A stretch of DNA of 64,000 nucleotides from Planctomycetaceae bacterium (lineage in GTDB: Bacteria; Planctomycetota; Phycisphaerae; Phycisphaerales; SM1A02): assembly GCA_027490145.1 (NCBI GenBank), contig JAIXYQ010000013.1, forward strand, positions 79,433 to 143,432, given 5' to 3'. Positions 35,280 to 43,885 of the stretch are shown piece after piece (positions within the stretch are counted from its first letter, which is position 1; each line of letters begins with the position of its first letter). The position numbers and the translations under genes are program-made. Under the pieces are notes generated by a model. It was not told where the DNA came from. It did not search any database and worked only from the letters and a program-made list of their open reading frames with translations.

Positions 35280-37427
35280 ATGCCCACCGCACGCAAGAAG
35301 CCCGCTCCCGCGGGTCCATCGATCCTCTCGAGCCCGGAGCGCTTCCTGTGTCGCGATCTCGCCTGGCTGGAGTTCAACCGCCGCGTGCTGCACATGGCCC
35401 TCGATGCGCGCACGCCGCTGCTGGAGCGCGTGCGGTTCCTGACCATCTACTCGAACAACCTCGACGAGTTCTTCATGAAGCGTGTCGGGGGGATCCGCCA
35501 TGCCGTCGAGACCGGCGAGACGCAGCCCGCGTACGAACCGCTCACGCCGGCGACCCTGCTGCACGCCGTGCGCCAGAAGGTCCACGAGCTCTCGCGCCAG
35601 CAGAGTTCGTGCTGGAGGGACATGGTCCGCCCGGCGTTGCGCGAGTCCGGGATCCGCGTCATGTCGTGGGATGAACTCGATGCGATGGAGCGGGCCCAGG
35701 CCGAGGCCTGGTTCCGGCGCACGGTCTTCCCGATCCTGACGCCTCTGGCGATCGACTCCGGCCATCGATTCCCGTTCATCTCGAACATGAGCGTGTCGCT
35801 CGGGCTGGTGCTGCGCCGGCCGGGCGAGAACGAGGCCCTCTTCGCGCGGGTGAAGGTGCCCAACGTGCCCACGCGCCTCTACGAACTCGAGCCGGGCCGC
35901 CGCTACGTGCCGGTGCTCGACATCATCCGCCACAACCTCGATGACCTCTTCCCGGGCATGGAGATCCTGCAGGTCATGCCGTTCCGCGTCACGCGCGACG
36001 CGGAACTCGAGACCGACCAGACCGATCCCGAGGACCTGCTGCAGGCTGTCGAGCAGAAGCTCAAGAAGCGCCGCTTCGCCGAGGTGGTCAGGCTCGAGGT
36101 GGTGCCGGGCGCCAGTCCGCGCATCCTGCGGTTCCTGATGGAGGAACTCCAGCTCGGGCCCGAGGACATCTACGAGGTCGACGGCCTGATCGACTACGGC
36201 ATGCTCAACGCCGTCGCGGACCTCGACCTGCCGCAGCACAAGTTCAGCAAGTGGTCGCCGCTGCCGCCGGCCGGCCTCGAGGACGACGAGGCCGACATCT
36301 TCGCCCGCATCCGCCAGGGCGACCTGCTGCTCCACCACCCCTACGAGAGCTTCAACGACAGCGTGGAGCGCTTCATCGAGCAGGCCTCGCGTGACCCGAA
36401 GGTGCTGTGCATCAAGCAGAGCCTCTACCGCACCAGCGGCGACAGCCCGTTCATCGCGAGCCTGATCCGCGCCGCCGAGGCCGGCAAGCAGGTGGCGGTG
36501 CTGGTCGAGGTGCGGGCCCGCTTCGACGAGGCCCGCAACATCGAGTGGGCGAAGAAGCTCGAGCAGGCGGGCGTGCACGTGGCCTACGGCGTGATCGGCC
36601 TGAAGACGCACACCAAGACCAGCCTGGTCGTGCGCCAGGAAGGCCAGTCGATCAGGTGCTACGGCCACATCGGCACGGGCAACTACAACAGCAAGACCGC
36701 ACGGCTGTACGAGGACCTCGGCATCCTGACCTGCGACCCGGCGATCACCGAGGACCTGGTCGGGCTGTTCAACTACATGACGGGGCGCTCGCTCCAGGCA
36801 CAGTTCAACAAGCTGCTCGTGGCGCCCACGACGATGAAGCGGTCGTTCCTCGACCTCATCGAGCGCGAGGTCGCGATCCAGGAGAAGGGCGGCACCGGGC
36901 GGATCATCGCGAAGATGAACCAGCTCGAGGATCGAACCGTGATGGATGCGCTGTACGCAGCCGGCCGCGCGGGCGTCCAGGTCGACCTGGTGGTGCGCGG
37001 GTTCTGCTGCCTGCGTCCGGGCGTGGAGGGGCTGTCGCCCAACGTCCGCGTCCGCTCGATCATCGGGCGCTTCCTCGAGCACAGCCGCATCTTCTTCTTC
37101 GGAGGCGGCCACGCCGATCCGCTCAAGGGGGACTTCTTCATCGGCAGTGCAGACTGGATGTACCGCAACCTCAACACGCGCGTCGAGGCGGCCACGCCGA
37201 TCGAGCTGACCACACACCGGCGGCATCTCTGGAAGATCCTGTCGTACTGCCTCGAGGATCGGCGTCAGTCATGGCTCATGCGTCAGGACGGGGTCTTCGA
37301 TCCGGTCTCCACCGAAGGCGTGGAGAGCGGCGATCCTTCGATGATCGGCGTGCACCAGCGGCTGATGGACGACGCCCGAGCAGAGTTCATGCGCCGCCAC
37401 GGCGGCGACGAGCGCATCGGCCCGTGA
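35280..37427 (+). CDS. ppk: polyphosphate kinase 1
   Basis: 715-aa ORF with NLDEFFMKRVGG, LHHPYESF, KQSLYRTS, GTGNYN and GSADWMYRNL. Confidence 0.92.
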   Translation: MPTARKKPAPAGPSILSSPERFLCRDLAWLEFNRRVLHMALDARTPLLERVRFLTIYSNNLDEFFMKRVGGIRHAVETGETQPAYEPLTPATLLHAVRQKVHELSRQQSSCWRDMVRPALRESGIRVMSWDELDAMERAQAEAWFRRTVFPILTPLAIDSGHRFPFISNMSVSLGLVLRRPGENEALFARVKVPNVPTRLYELEPGRRYVPVLDIIRHNLDDLFPGMEILQVMPFRVTRDAELETDQTDPEDLLQAVEQKLKKRRFAEVVRLEVVPGASPRILRFLMEELQLGPEDIYEVDGLIDYGMLNAVADLDLPQHKFSKWSPLPPAGLEDDEADIFARIRQGDLLLHHPYESFNDSVERFIEQASRDPKVLCIKQSLYRTSGDSPFIASLIRAAEAGKQVAVLVEVRARFDEARNIEWAKKLEQAGVHVAYGVIGLKTHTKTSLVVRQEGQSIRCYGHIGTGNYNSKTARLYEDLGILTCDPAITEDLVGLFNYMTGRSLQAQFNKLLVAPTTMKRSFLDLIEREVAIQEKGGTGRIIAKMNQLEDRTVMDALYAAGRAGVQVDLVVRGFCCLRPGVEGLSPNVRVRSIIGRFLEHSRIFFFGGGHADPLKGDFFIGSADWMYRNLNTRVEAATPIELTTHRRHLWKILSYCLEDRRQSWLMRQDGVFDPVSTEGVESGDPSMIGVHQRLMDDARAEFMRRHGGDERIGP

Positions 37428-37505
37428 CCGATGGGCACCACGCTCAGAACCGCGCCGGGCGTCGGACCGGTGCGGTGGGCGTGGCTGAGGGGCGCTTGCG
37501 GTGGT

Positions 37506-37982
37506 TCACTGCGGGGGCAGCTTGATGTTGGGCATGGTGCCGTCGACGGCGGTCGGTGCGGGGGCATCGCCCGCGGCCTTGATCGTCGGCGTGCCGGCGA
37601 AGGCGACGGTCGGCCGGCTGAAGCCTGAATCGAAGAGGATGTCGTTCAGACGACCGGGTGCGACGTAGGAGAGCTCGCCGCGCACCGACCACGAACCGGC
37701 CGTCGCCGGCAGGACCACCGGCAGCGACTCCTGGATCATCTCGCGCGGCGGCACGGTCCGCGTGGCGACCCACTCGATCCGGCGCCCGTCCGCATCGAGC
37801 GCCCAGCCGTCGAGCACGAGTTGCTCGTCCTTCGGGTTGTGCACGCGCACGATGAGCGCCCATTCCTGTTCCGCTCCGATGGTGGCCACCGGAACGGCCT
37901 CGACGATCTCGACCCGGGGCGCCGTACCGCAAGCAGCCAGGAGCGCGGGCAGGACCATCGCATGTCGGGCGGTCAGTCGCAT
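37506..37982 (-). CDS. small lipoprotein, possibly an LEA_2 (water-stress/hypersensitive-response)-like beta-sandwich
   Basis: 158-aa ORF with lipobox LLAAC|G. The pattern ALIVRVHNPKDEQLVLDGWALDADGRRI resembles LEA14-like lipoproteins, which is a weak similarity. Confidence 0.55.
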   Translation of the reverse strand: MRLTARHAMVLPALLAACGTAPRVEIVEAVPVATIGAEQEWALIVRVHNPKDEQLVLDGWALDADGRRIEWVATRTVPPREMIQESLPVVLPATAGSWSVRGELSYVAPGRLNDILFDSGFSRPTVAFAGTPTIKAAGDAPAPTAVDGTMPNIKLPPQ

Positions 37983-37989
37983 GCACGGG

Positions 37990-37995
37990 ACTCTA
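37990..37995 (-). promoter_or_regulatory. -10-like TAGAGT, 7 nt upstream of the lipoprotein ATG at 37982
   Basis: Minus strand reads TAGAGT cccgtgc ATG. Confidence 0.35.
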
Positions 37996-38021
37996 CACGC
38001 GGCGGCCCGTCACCCGCGGCG

Positions 38022-38027
38022 TACCAT
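38022..38027 (+). promoter_or_regulatory. -10-like TACCAT, exactly 6 nt upstream of the ATG at 38034
   Basis: TACCAT cgaccc ATG. Confidence 0.4.
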
Positions 38028-38033
38028 CGACCC

Positions 38034-41000
38034 ATGCCCGGCCGACGTGCGACGATGCTTGCAGCGTGTTTCGTGGCGGCCACCGCGGCCGGTGGAATCG
38101 TGGGTGCGCAGCAATCCGTGATCGTGCCCACCGTGGCGGACTCGCCGACGGCGCTCGAACTCATCCTCCGTGCGGATGAGCAGGCGGCGACCAATCCCGG
38201 TGAGAGCGCGCGCCTGGCCGCGGAGCTGCTCCGTGATCTCGCCGACAAGTTGGTGCAGACCAAGCGGCCCGGCGTCTACCAGGGCGTTGCCGATCAGGTC
38301 GCGGGGTTGCTGGCGGCCCATCCCGAGGTGCTCGAGCGCTATCGCAACGAGGTCGGTGCGCAGGCACGGGAGTGGCTTGCCGACGAGCGCCTGGTCGAGG
38401 TCGTCACCCGGTTCGCCGCGACCGATGCCGGTCTCGAGGCGATGCTCCGCCTGGCTGGCCGCGCGCTCCAGGATGCGCGGGCCGATGAAGCCTCGGCGTG
38501 GCTGCGACGCGCGTCCATGCATCCGTCGTCCGCACTCGATCCTGCACCGCGTCTGGCCCTCGAAGCGCTTGCGGCGTGGGCTGCGGGGGATCGCGCCGCA
38601 TGGTCCGCACGGGCGGCGGAGCTCGCGGCGGTGCCGGGCGTCGAGCGATCGCTGGTCGATGCGATCGGTGCCATGGGCGAGCCGACCGCTCGGGTGCAGC
38701 GTGCGGCGATCGGCGATGTCGCGCCCGACACCGCGGCAGAGATCCCCGCAATGCCCTGGATCGAAGCCTGGTCGGTGCCGCTGGCGTGGTCGCCGGCATC
38801 GATCCGCAACCGGGGCATCGTACCGGTCGAGGAGATGCTGGGACAGGACGACACCCTCCGGCCACGCAGCCGCCTGCACACGATCGTGCCGATCATCGAC
38901 GCCGACGAGGTGATCGTGGCTGATGGCCGCGTCCTCTCGTGCTTCGATCTGCTCACCCATTCGATGCGCTGGCAGGCCATGATCGCGATCGACCAGGCCG
39001 CCCGGAGCGCGGACACGATGACCACGCCGTGCGTGGTCGACGCGGAACGGGTCCACTCGGTCGTCACCGTCGGTGAGCTCGGCGGCTTGGTCTCCTCGCG
39101 CGTGGTGTCGGTTCGCCGCAGCGATGGCCGCACGCTGTGGCAGCGTTCCCTCGAGGAAGGGGACGGCCTGCTGCCCGGCGGCCTGCGTGTGGCGGGTTCG
39201 ATGGCCCTTGCGGGCGATGTGCTCGCCGTGCCGTGCCTGCGCCAGAACGGCCGTCTTGAGCTCGCATGCTGGCTCATCGGCCTCGATGCCGAGGATGGAT
39301 CGACGCGATGGTCGGTGCCGCTGGGTGCGGCCAATGGACTGCTGGCAGAGTTCGGCAACGCGCCGCCGGTCCGCGGCGGCATGGCCGCGGTGGCGCATCG
39401 TGGCGTCGTCCTCGTGGGCACGATGGTCGGCACGGCTGCGTGCATCGAGGCACCCACGGGTGCGGTGCGCTGGATCGCGCGCGATGAGCTGGCGCGCACG
39501 CGGCAGCAGCAGCAGCAGGCATGGGAAGCGTCGGCGCCGGTCATCGACGGGGACACCGCCTGGTTCCTCCATGCGGATGCCAGGGTCGTGATGCGCCGTT
39601 CGCTCGCCGATGGCACCGCCATCCTGACCCAGGCGCTCGGCCGGGGCGAGCCGCTGGGCGCGGCGCAGTACCTCGTGGGATCGTCGGGGACCATCGTCGG
39701 GGTCTCCTCGGACGGTGCGCTGTCGGCGATCGATGTGAACGAGCCCGCCGTACGGCGCTGGCAGCTTCCTGCGCCCGACCTCGAGCCACTCGTGGGCCGG
39801 GCGGTGCTCGCACGGTCGGGTGATCGCGCGGTCATCGTGCTTCCGCGCGCGAGCAGGATCGACGTGATCGACCTCGTCAGCGGTGCGTTGGTCGGATCGA
39901 TGCCCGCGCGCCGCAGCGGCGCCGTCGGCGTCGGGGGTGACCGCGTGGCGATCGCCTCCGAGATGAACCTCGAGGTCTGGGGTCGCGCAGATCGGATCGT
40001 GGCGGATCTCGTGGCGTTGGTGGAGCGAGGCACCGCACCTGATGCCGAGCTGGCACTGGCTGAATCGGCGCTGTCGCAGGGGGATACCGGGCGGGCGCTC
40101 GAGATGGCGCGGCGGGCCCTGGCCCGGCTGTCCGGGGCCGAGGTCGACGACGACCTCATGCTCGTGCGTGGACGCGTCGTCGATGTGCTGCTCGAACTCG
40201 TCCGCCGGAGCCCTGACGGCGACGATGCCGTCGAGGTGCTTCGACGATCGAGCTTGCTGCCTTCGCAGTCGCTGCGGGTGGCCCTGGCGCTCGCCGATCG
40301 ACATGCCGCGCGCTCGGAGTGGGCCGACGCCGCGCGCACCCTCGCCGATGCCGTGCCTGCGCTCGACGCTGATCCGTTCGTGGAGCACGGCGGCGCGAGT
40401 GTGCGAACGAGCCAGGTGCTCTCGATGGCGATGCAGCGGATGGTCGCCCGTGCCCATGCGGCTGGGAGCAACGCGATCGAGCAGGCTGCGGATCAGGCGG
40501 TTCGTTCGGGAGCGAGCGCTTCGCCCGAGGCCATCGCGCGATCCTGGCGCGGGACGACGGCCTCGATCCGGATCCTGGTCGAGTCGTGCGAGCGCGCCCG
40601 CGCGGATGAACGCCTCGACGCGGCAGCCCGCTGCGCGCAGCGTGCCGCGCTCATCACGCTGGAGCGTGCCGACGCCGGGCTGCCGATCGAGCCCACGCTG
40701 ATTGACCGCGTTGCCGCGCGCGTGATCGACGTCGGCGGCGGCAACCTGCTCGCCGCGGCGACGCTCCGTCGGCTGCATCGGGTGGTTCCGTCAGCCACGG
40801 CGTTCGCGACGATTGCCGCAGGGGACCAGTGGATCATCGCTCCCCGGTGGGCCCGTGCCGACGGCGCGCCGCGAGCGGGTCGGCGCGCGATCCAGTTCTC
40901 GGCGAGCCTGCCGGCGCTGGACGCCTTTGCGCTCCGGCAATCCATGCCGGACCGCGCGGTGCTCGTCGTGAACCAGCAGCTCGTCGGCATCAAGGGTTCC

Positions 41001-42101
41001 ACGCTCGCGCCGGAGTGGGCCATCGAGCTCGAGGACCCGTCGCCCGGCATCGTGCGCATGCTGCCGACCATGCTGGTCCTGGAGCGCACCATGACGCTGC
41101 CGGGCAGGCTCCGTGGCGTGGACCCTTCGACGGGCACCGTGGCCTGGTCCATCGAGGACCTCGGTCTGTTGCTTGGCCCCGTGCAGCCGATCGCCGGCTT
41201 GCGAGACGACGAGAACGTGCTCTCGCGGCGCGGTTCATTCGCTGCGCTCCCGCTCGGTGACGGCGCCGTCGCGGTCCGGGGTGACGGCAGCTGCGTGCGG
41301 ATCGGCGCCGATGGCCGCCCGCTCTGGACCAGTACCCGCTCGTTGCCGCTCGTCGAGCACGTGCAGTCGTCGATGGGTGGCCTCGCGCTCGTCGGTACCT
41401 CGCTGGATTCCGATCCTGCGCTCACGCTCATCTCGTCGGTGTCGGGTCAGGAACTCGGGGGCGTCGACCTCGAGGGCATGGCCTCGGTGGATGCGGTCGA
41501 GTCCACGCTGTGCGGCTTCGTGGTGACGCGCGGCCTGGCCAGCGCGCTCGTCGAGGACACCGAGGCCGGACCGCGCATCCTCTGGGAGCGCTCGAGTCCG
41601 CCGGGCGCCACCCGCCGCATGCCTGCGGTCGTGCTCGATGAGGCCATGTTCATGGGCCAGCCCACCGATGGTTCGTACCGGCTCGGCCTGGATGATGGTT
41701 CGAGCACCGCGCTAGATTGGGACGGCGGCATCGCCGGGGCCTGGAGCCCGTTGGTCCGGCTCGACGACGGCCTGCTCTTCGCCAAGGGGGATCGGGTGGT
41801 CCTCGCGCAGGCGAGCGGGCGCATCATCGGCAGCGCGCAGCTCGGTCCGTCGGCCACGCCGCAACTGGCCATCCCATGTGATGGCGGGGTGATCGTGCAG
41901 GCACTGGGCATGCCGGAATTGCCTGCAGTTCAAGGCGGTTCGACGTTCACGCTGCTCGATCCGTCGCAGGGGCTGCGTCAGCTGCGGACCCTCGCGCGAC
42001 TCATGGTCCCGGTCGGTTGGCGGCGCGCCATGCTGCTCGACGGCTGGATCCTGCTGTTCGGCGAGGACCAGTGCATCGCCATCCCGGTCGGGGCGAGTTG
42101 A
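38034..42101 (+). CDS. very large secreted protein with helical (TPR-like) regions and two PQQ/BamB-like beta-propeller regions
   Basis: ORF 37821..42101 trimmed to the ATG at 38034 (TACCAT 6 nt upstream). Signal-like MLAACFVAATAAGGIVGAQQ. Recurrent DG-x-x-x-W blade motifs (DGRTLWQ, DGSTRWS, TGAVRWI, TGTVAWS, DGRPLWT). Confidence 0.65.
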   Translation: MPGRRATMLAACFVAATAAGGIVGAQQSVIVPTVADSPTALELILRADEQAATNPGESARLAAELLRDLADKLVQTKRPGVYQGVADQVAGLLAAHPEVLERYRNEVGAQAREWLADERLVEVVTRFAATDAGLEAMLRLAGRALQDARADEASAWLRRASMHPSSALDPAPRLALEALAAWAAGDRAAWSARAAELAAVPGVERSLVDAIGAMGEPTARVQRAAIGDVAPDTAAEIPAMPWIEAWSVPLAWSPASIRNRGIVPVEEMLGQDDTLRPRSRLHTIVPIIDADEVIVADGRVLSCFDLLTHSMRWQAMIAIDQAARSADTMTTPCVVDAERVHSVVTVGELGGLVSSRVVSVRRSDGRTLWQRSLEEGDGLLPGGLRVAGSMALAGDVLAVPCLRQNGRLELACWLIGLDAEDGSTRWSVPLGAANGLLAEFGNAPPVRGGMAAVAHRGVVLVGTMVGTAACIEAPTGAVRWIARDELARTRQQQQQAWEASAPVIDGDTAWFLHADARVVMRRSLADGTAILTQALGRGEPLGAAQYLVGSSGTIVGVSSDGALSAIDVNEPAVRRWQLPAPDLEPLVGRAVLARSGDRAVIVLPRASRIDVIDLVSGALVGSMPARRSGAVGVGGDRVAIASEMNLEVWGRADRIVADLVALVERGTAPDAELALAESALSQGDTGRALEMARRALARLSGAEVDDDLMLVRGRVVDVLLELVRRSPDGDDAVEVLRRSSLLPSQSLRVALALADRHAARSEWADAARTLADAVPALDADPFVEHGGASVRTSQVLSMAMQRMVARAHAAGSNAIEQAADQAVRSGASASPEAIARSWRGTTASIRILVESCERARADERLDAAARCAQRAALITLERADAGLPIEPTLIDRVAARVIDVGGGNLLAAATLRRLHRVVPSATAFATIAAGDQWIIAPRWARADGAPRAGRRAIQFSASLPALDAFALRQSMPDRAVLVVNQQLVGIKGSTLAPEWAIELEDPSPGIVRMLPTMLVLERTMTLPGRLRGVDPSTGTVAWSIEDLGLLLGPVQPIAGLRDDENVLSRRGSFAALPLGDGAVAVRGDGSCVRIGADGRPLWTSTRSLPLVEHVQSSMGGLALVGTSLDSDPALTLISSVSGQELGGVDLEGMASVDAVESTLCGFVVTRGLASALVEDTEAGPRILWERSSPPGATRRMPAVVLDEAMFMGQPTDGSYRLGLDDGSSTALDWDGGIAGAWSPLVRLDDGLLFAKGDRVVLAQASGRIIGSAQLGPSATPQLAIPCDGGVIVQALGMPELPAVQGGSTFTLLDPSQGLRQLRTLARLMVPVGWRRAMLLDGWILLFGEDQCIAIPVGAS

Positions 42102-42145
42102 CAGACGACGCCGATCCAACGATAGTCCCGCCCAACGGAGGACTT

Positions 42146-42589
42146 ATGCCATCCATCGCGGCCAGCGGCCGGACATTCGCCAGTCTCATCGCCCCCTCGC
42201 AGCAAGCCCTTGGCTACGACGAGGAGGACACTGACGCCTTCGAGGAAATCGACGACGACGACGATTTCGGCGAGGAAGAGTTCGCGGACGAGGATGGCCT
42301 TGACGAGGACGAAGAGAAGGACGGCGAGTCGAAGGACGGCGAGGACGACCTCGACGACGAGGACGATGACGACGACTTCTTCGACGATGACGAAGACGAG
42401 GATGAGGACGACGACGAGGACGACGAAGAAGACGAGGACGACGAAGAAGACGAGGACGAAGAAGAAGAGGACGACGACGAGGACGAAGAAGAAGAAGAGG
42501 ACGACGACGAAGAGGATGAAGAAGAGGACGACGACCTCGACGACGACGAGGAAGACGATGAGGACGACGACGAAGACGAGGACGACTGA
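42146..42589 (+). CDS. extremely acidic (poly-Asp/Glu) 147-aa protein of unknown function
   Basis: ORF 42017..42589 trimmed to the ATG at 42146, which has GGAGGA 3 nt upstream. The first 24 aa (MPSIAASGRTFASLIAPSQQALGY) are ordinary. After that, 104 of 123 residues are D or E by hand count. GC3-rich GAC/GAG codons favour this frame over the Ser-rich antisense frame. Confidence 0.6.
   Translation: MPSIAASGRTFASLIAPSQQALGYDEEDTDAFEEIDDDDDFGEEEFADEDGLDEDEEKDGESKDGEDDLDDEDDDDDFFDDDEDEDEDDDEDDEEDEDDEEDEDEEEEDDDEDEEEEEDDDEEDEEEDDDLDDDEEDDEDDDEDEDD
42218..42586 (+). repeat. imperfect GAN-codon (GAC/GAG/GAA/GAT) trinucleotide low-complexity tract
   Basis: Seen directly in the sequence. It produces low-complexity ORFs in three frames: D/E-rich, T/R/K-rich, and Ser-rich on the minus strand. 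Confidence 0.85.
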
Positions 42590-42616
42590 GCCTCGTTGAA
42601 CCCAGTCATGAGCCCC

Positions 42617-42641
42617 AAGGGCCGGCCGTGTGCCGGCCCTT
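42617..42641. terminator. GC-rich hairpin between convergent genes (candidate bidirectional terminator)
   Basis: AAGGGCCGGC-cgtgt-GCCGGCCCTT is a perfect 10-bp stem with a 5-nt loop. Only a weak T-run (ttcttc) follows. Confidence 0.55.
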
Positions 42642-42670
42642 CTTCATGACGGGGGCCGGGGCGGCGCGCC

Positions 42671-43885
42671 TCAGCCGCCTGGTGGCGGTGCGAAGGTCAG
42701 CCGGTAGATCCGCAGTGAGCGTCCGTCGGGCCGTGCGAGCAGCGCCGATCGTCCCTGCGCGTGCAGCAGCATCCAGGTTCCCTCGGTGACGAGCACGCGA
42801 CGCGACGGCTCGGGCGTCGGTCCCGAGCAGGCCCAGACCCGGTCGTTCGACGTCCACAGGCAGTGATGTCCACACGGCAGCATCCCGGTCGTTCCCTCGG
42901 GCAGGAGGGTCGGTGCGTCCTGGGTGCGTGGGCTCCAGGTCGCCAGACGGTTGAACCGTGGGTGGAAGAGCAGCGCCTGGGCGTCCGTCGCGCACGTGGG
43001 GCCAAGCGCATTCACGCACTGCCAGGCCATCTCGCGGGTTCCACGCATCGAGAGCACCGCTCCCTGCAGGGGGGCGGGCTCACTCCGGGCCGACGAAGCA
43101 TCGAACGCCATGGCACGCAGCACCCCGTCCCGCACCTGGATCGCGGTCAGCACACCGTCGATCAGGCACGGGCCGCTCCATTCCACGCCGTCGACGGGAG
43201 CGATCGAGGGACCGGCACCTTGGGCGCGCGGCAACCATTCGTCGCGGACCCGCTCGAAGGCAGCCTGCTCCACGCTCCATGCGCGCGCACCTGCGGCGCG
43301 CCGGCACCACGTCATCACCATGCCGTCGGCACTGCGCGCGACCCATGCACCCACGTTCGTGGCCCCATCCTCAAGGAGCCACTGCACGGTTCCATCGTCG
43401 GCCGACATCACGCCGAGCCGTCGGCCGCCGCCTGGCTGCGGCTGCTCGACCAAGGCACCACCGCCGGCTCCATCGACCCACGATCGTCCGAGCAGCAGGT
43501 CAGGCCCCAACGAGCGGGGCGCGCCAAGGCCGCCTGCCTCGATCGGGTGGATGGCCACGGTCCCGGCATGACGCTTGGGGGCATCGGTGGTTCCCAGCCG
43601 CGTGGGCCAGTCCGGCACGCTGTCCACCTGCACGGCCACGGCACGGCCGTCTCCCGCGACCACCGGCATCGTGAAGCCGTCCCAACTCACGTCTCCGAGC
43701 GACACAAGCCCGAACTCGACCGCAGCGAGCTTGGGATCCTGCTCGCTCGAGGGGCGAAGGCCAGCCCCCGGTGGCGTGCCCGCGCAACCGGCTAGCCACA
43801 CCTGGGCCAGCAGCACGGCACCAAGCCTGGCACCAAGCCCGGCCAACGGTGCCCGGTCAGGGCGTCGTCGGCGGCGTGGGCGCAT
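42671..43885 (-). CDS. lipoprotein of unknown function encoded immediately downstream of (and overlapping) the secretin gene
   Basis: 404-aa ORF with an Arg-rich N-terminus and lipobox WLAGC|AG. It overlaps the gspD 3' end by 29 nt. I recognise no family; it contains a DDGTVQW-type motif. Confidence 0.6.
   Translation of the reverse strand: MRPRRRRRPDRAPLAGLGARLGAVLLAQVWLAGCAGTPPGAGLRPSSEQDPKLAAVEFGLVSLGDVSWDGFTMPVVAGDGRAVAVQVDSVPDWPTRLGTTDAPKRHAGTVAIHPIEAGGLGAPRSLGPDLLLGRSWVDGAGGGALVEQPQPGGGRRLGVMSADDGTVQWLLEDGATNVGAWVARSADGMVMTWCRRAAGARAWSVEQAAFERVRDEWLPRAQGAGPSIAPVDGVEWSGPCLIDGVLTAIQVRDGVLRAMAFDASSARSEPAPLQGAVLSMRGTREMAWQCVNALGPTCATDAQALLFHPRFNRLATWSPRTQDAPTLLPEGTTGMLPCGHHCLWTSNDRVWACSGPTPEPSRRVLVTEGTWMLLHAQGRSALLARPDGRSLRIYRLTFAPPPGG

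Noticed and set aside
42210-42618. Alternative readings of the GAN-repeat tract: a poly-Ser protein on the minus strand (42214..42618) and a Thr/Arg/Lys-rich protein in another plus frame (42210..42599).
   Set aside because: Neither has an SD. The Ser frame uses many TCT/TCA codons, which fit poorly with the GC3-rich usage of this genome. The D/E frame has GGAGGA 3 nt upstream of its ATG and a normal N-terminal segment. The call still deserves experimental confirmation.
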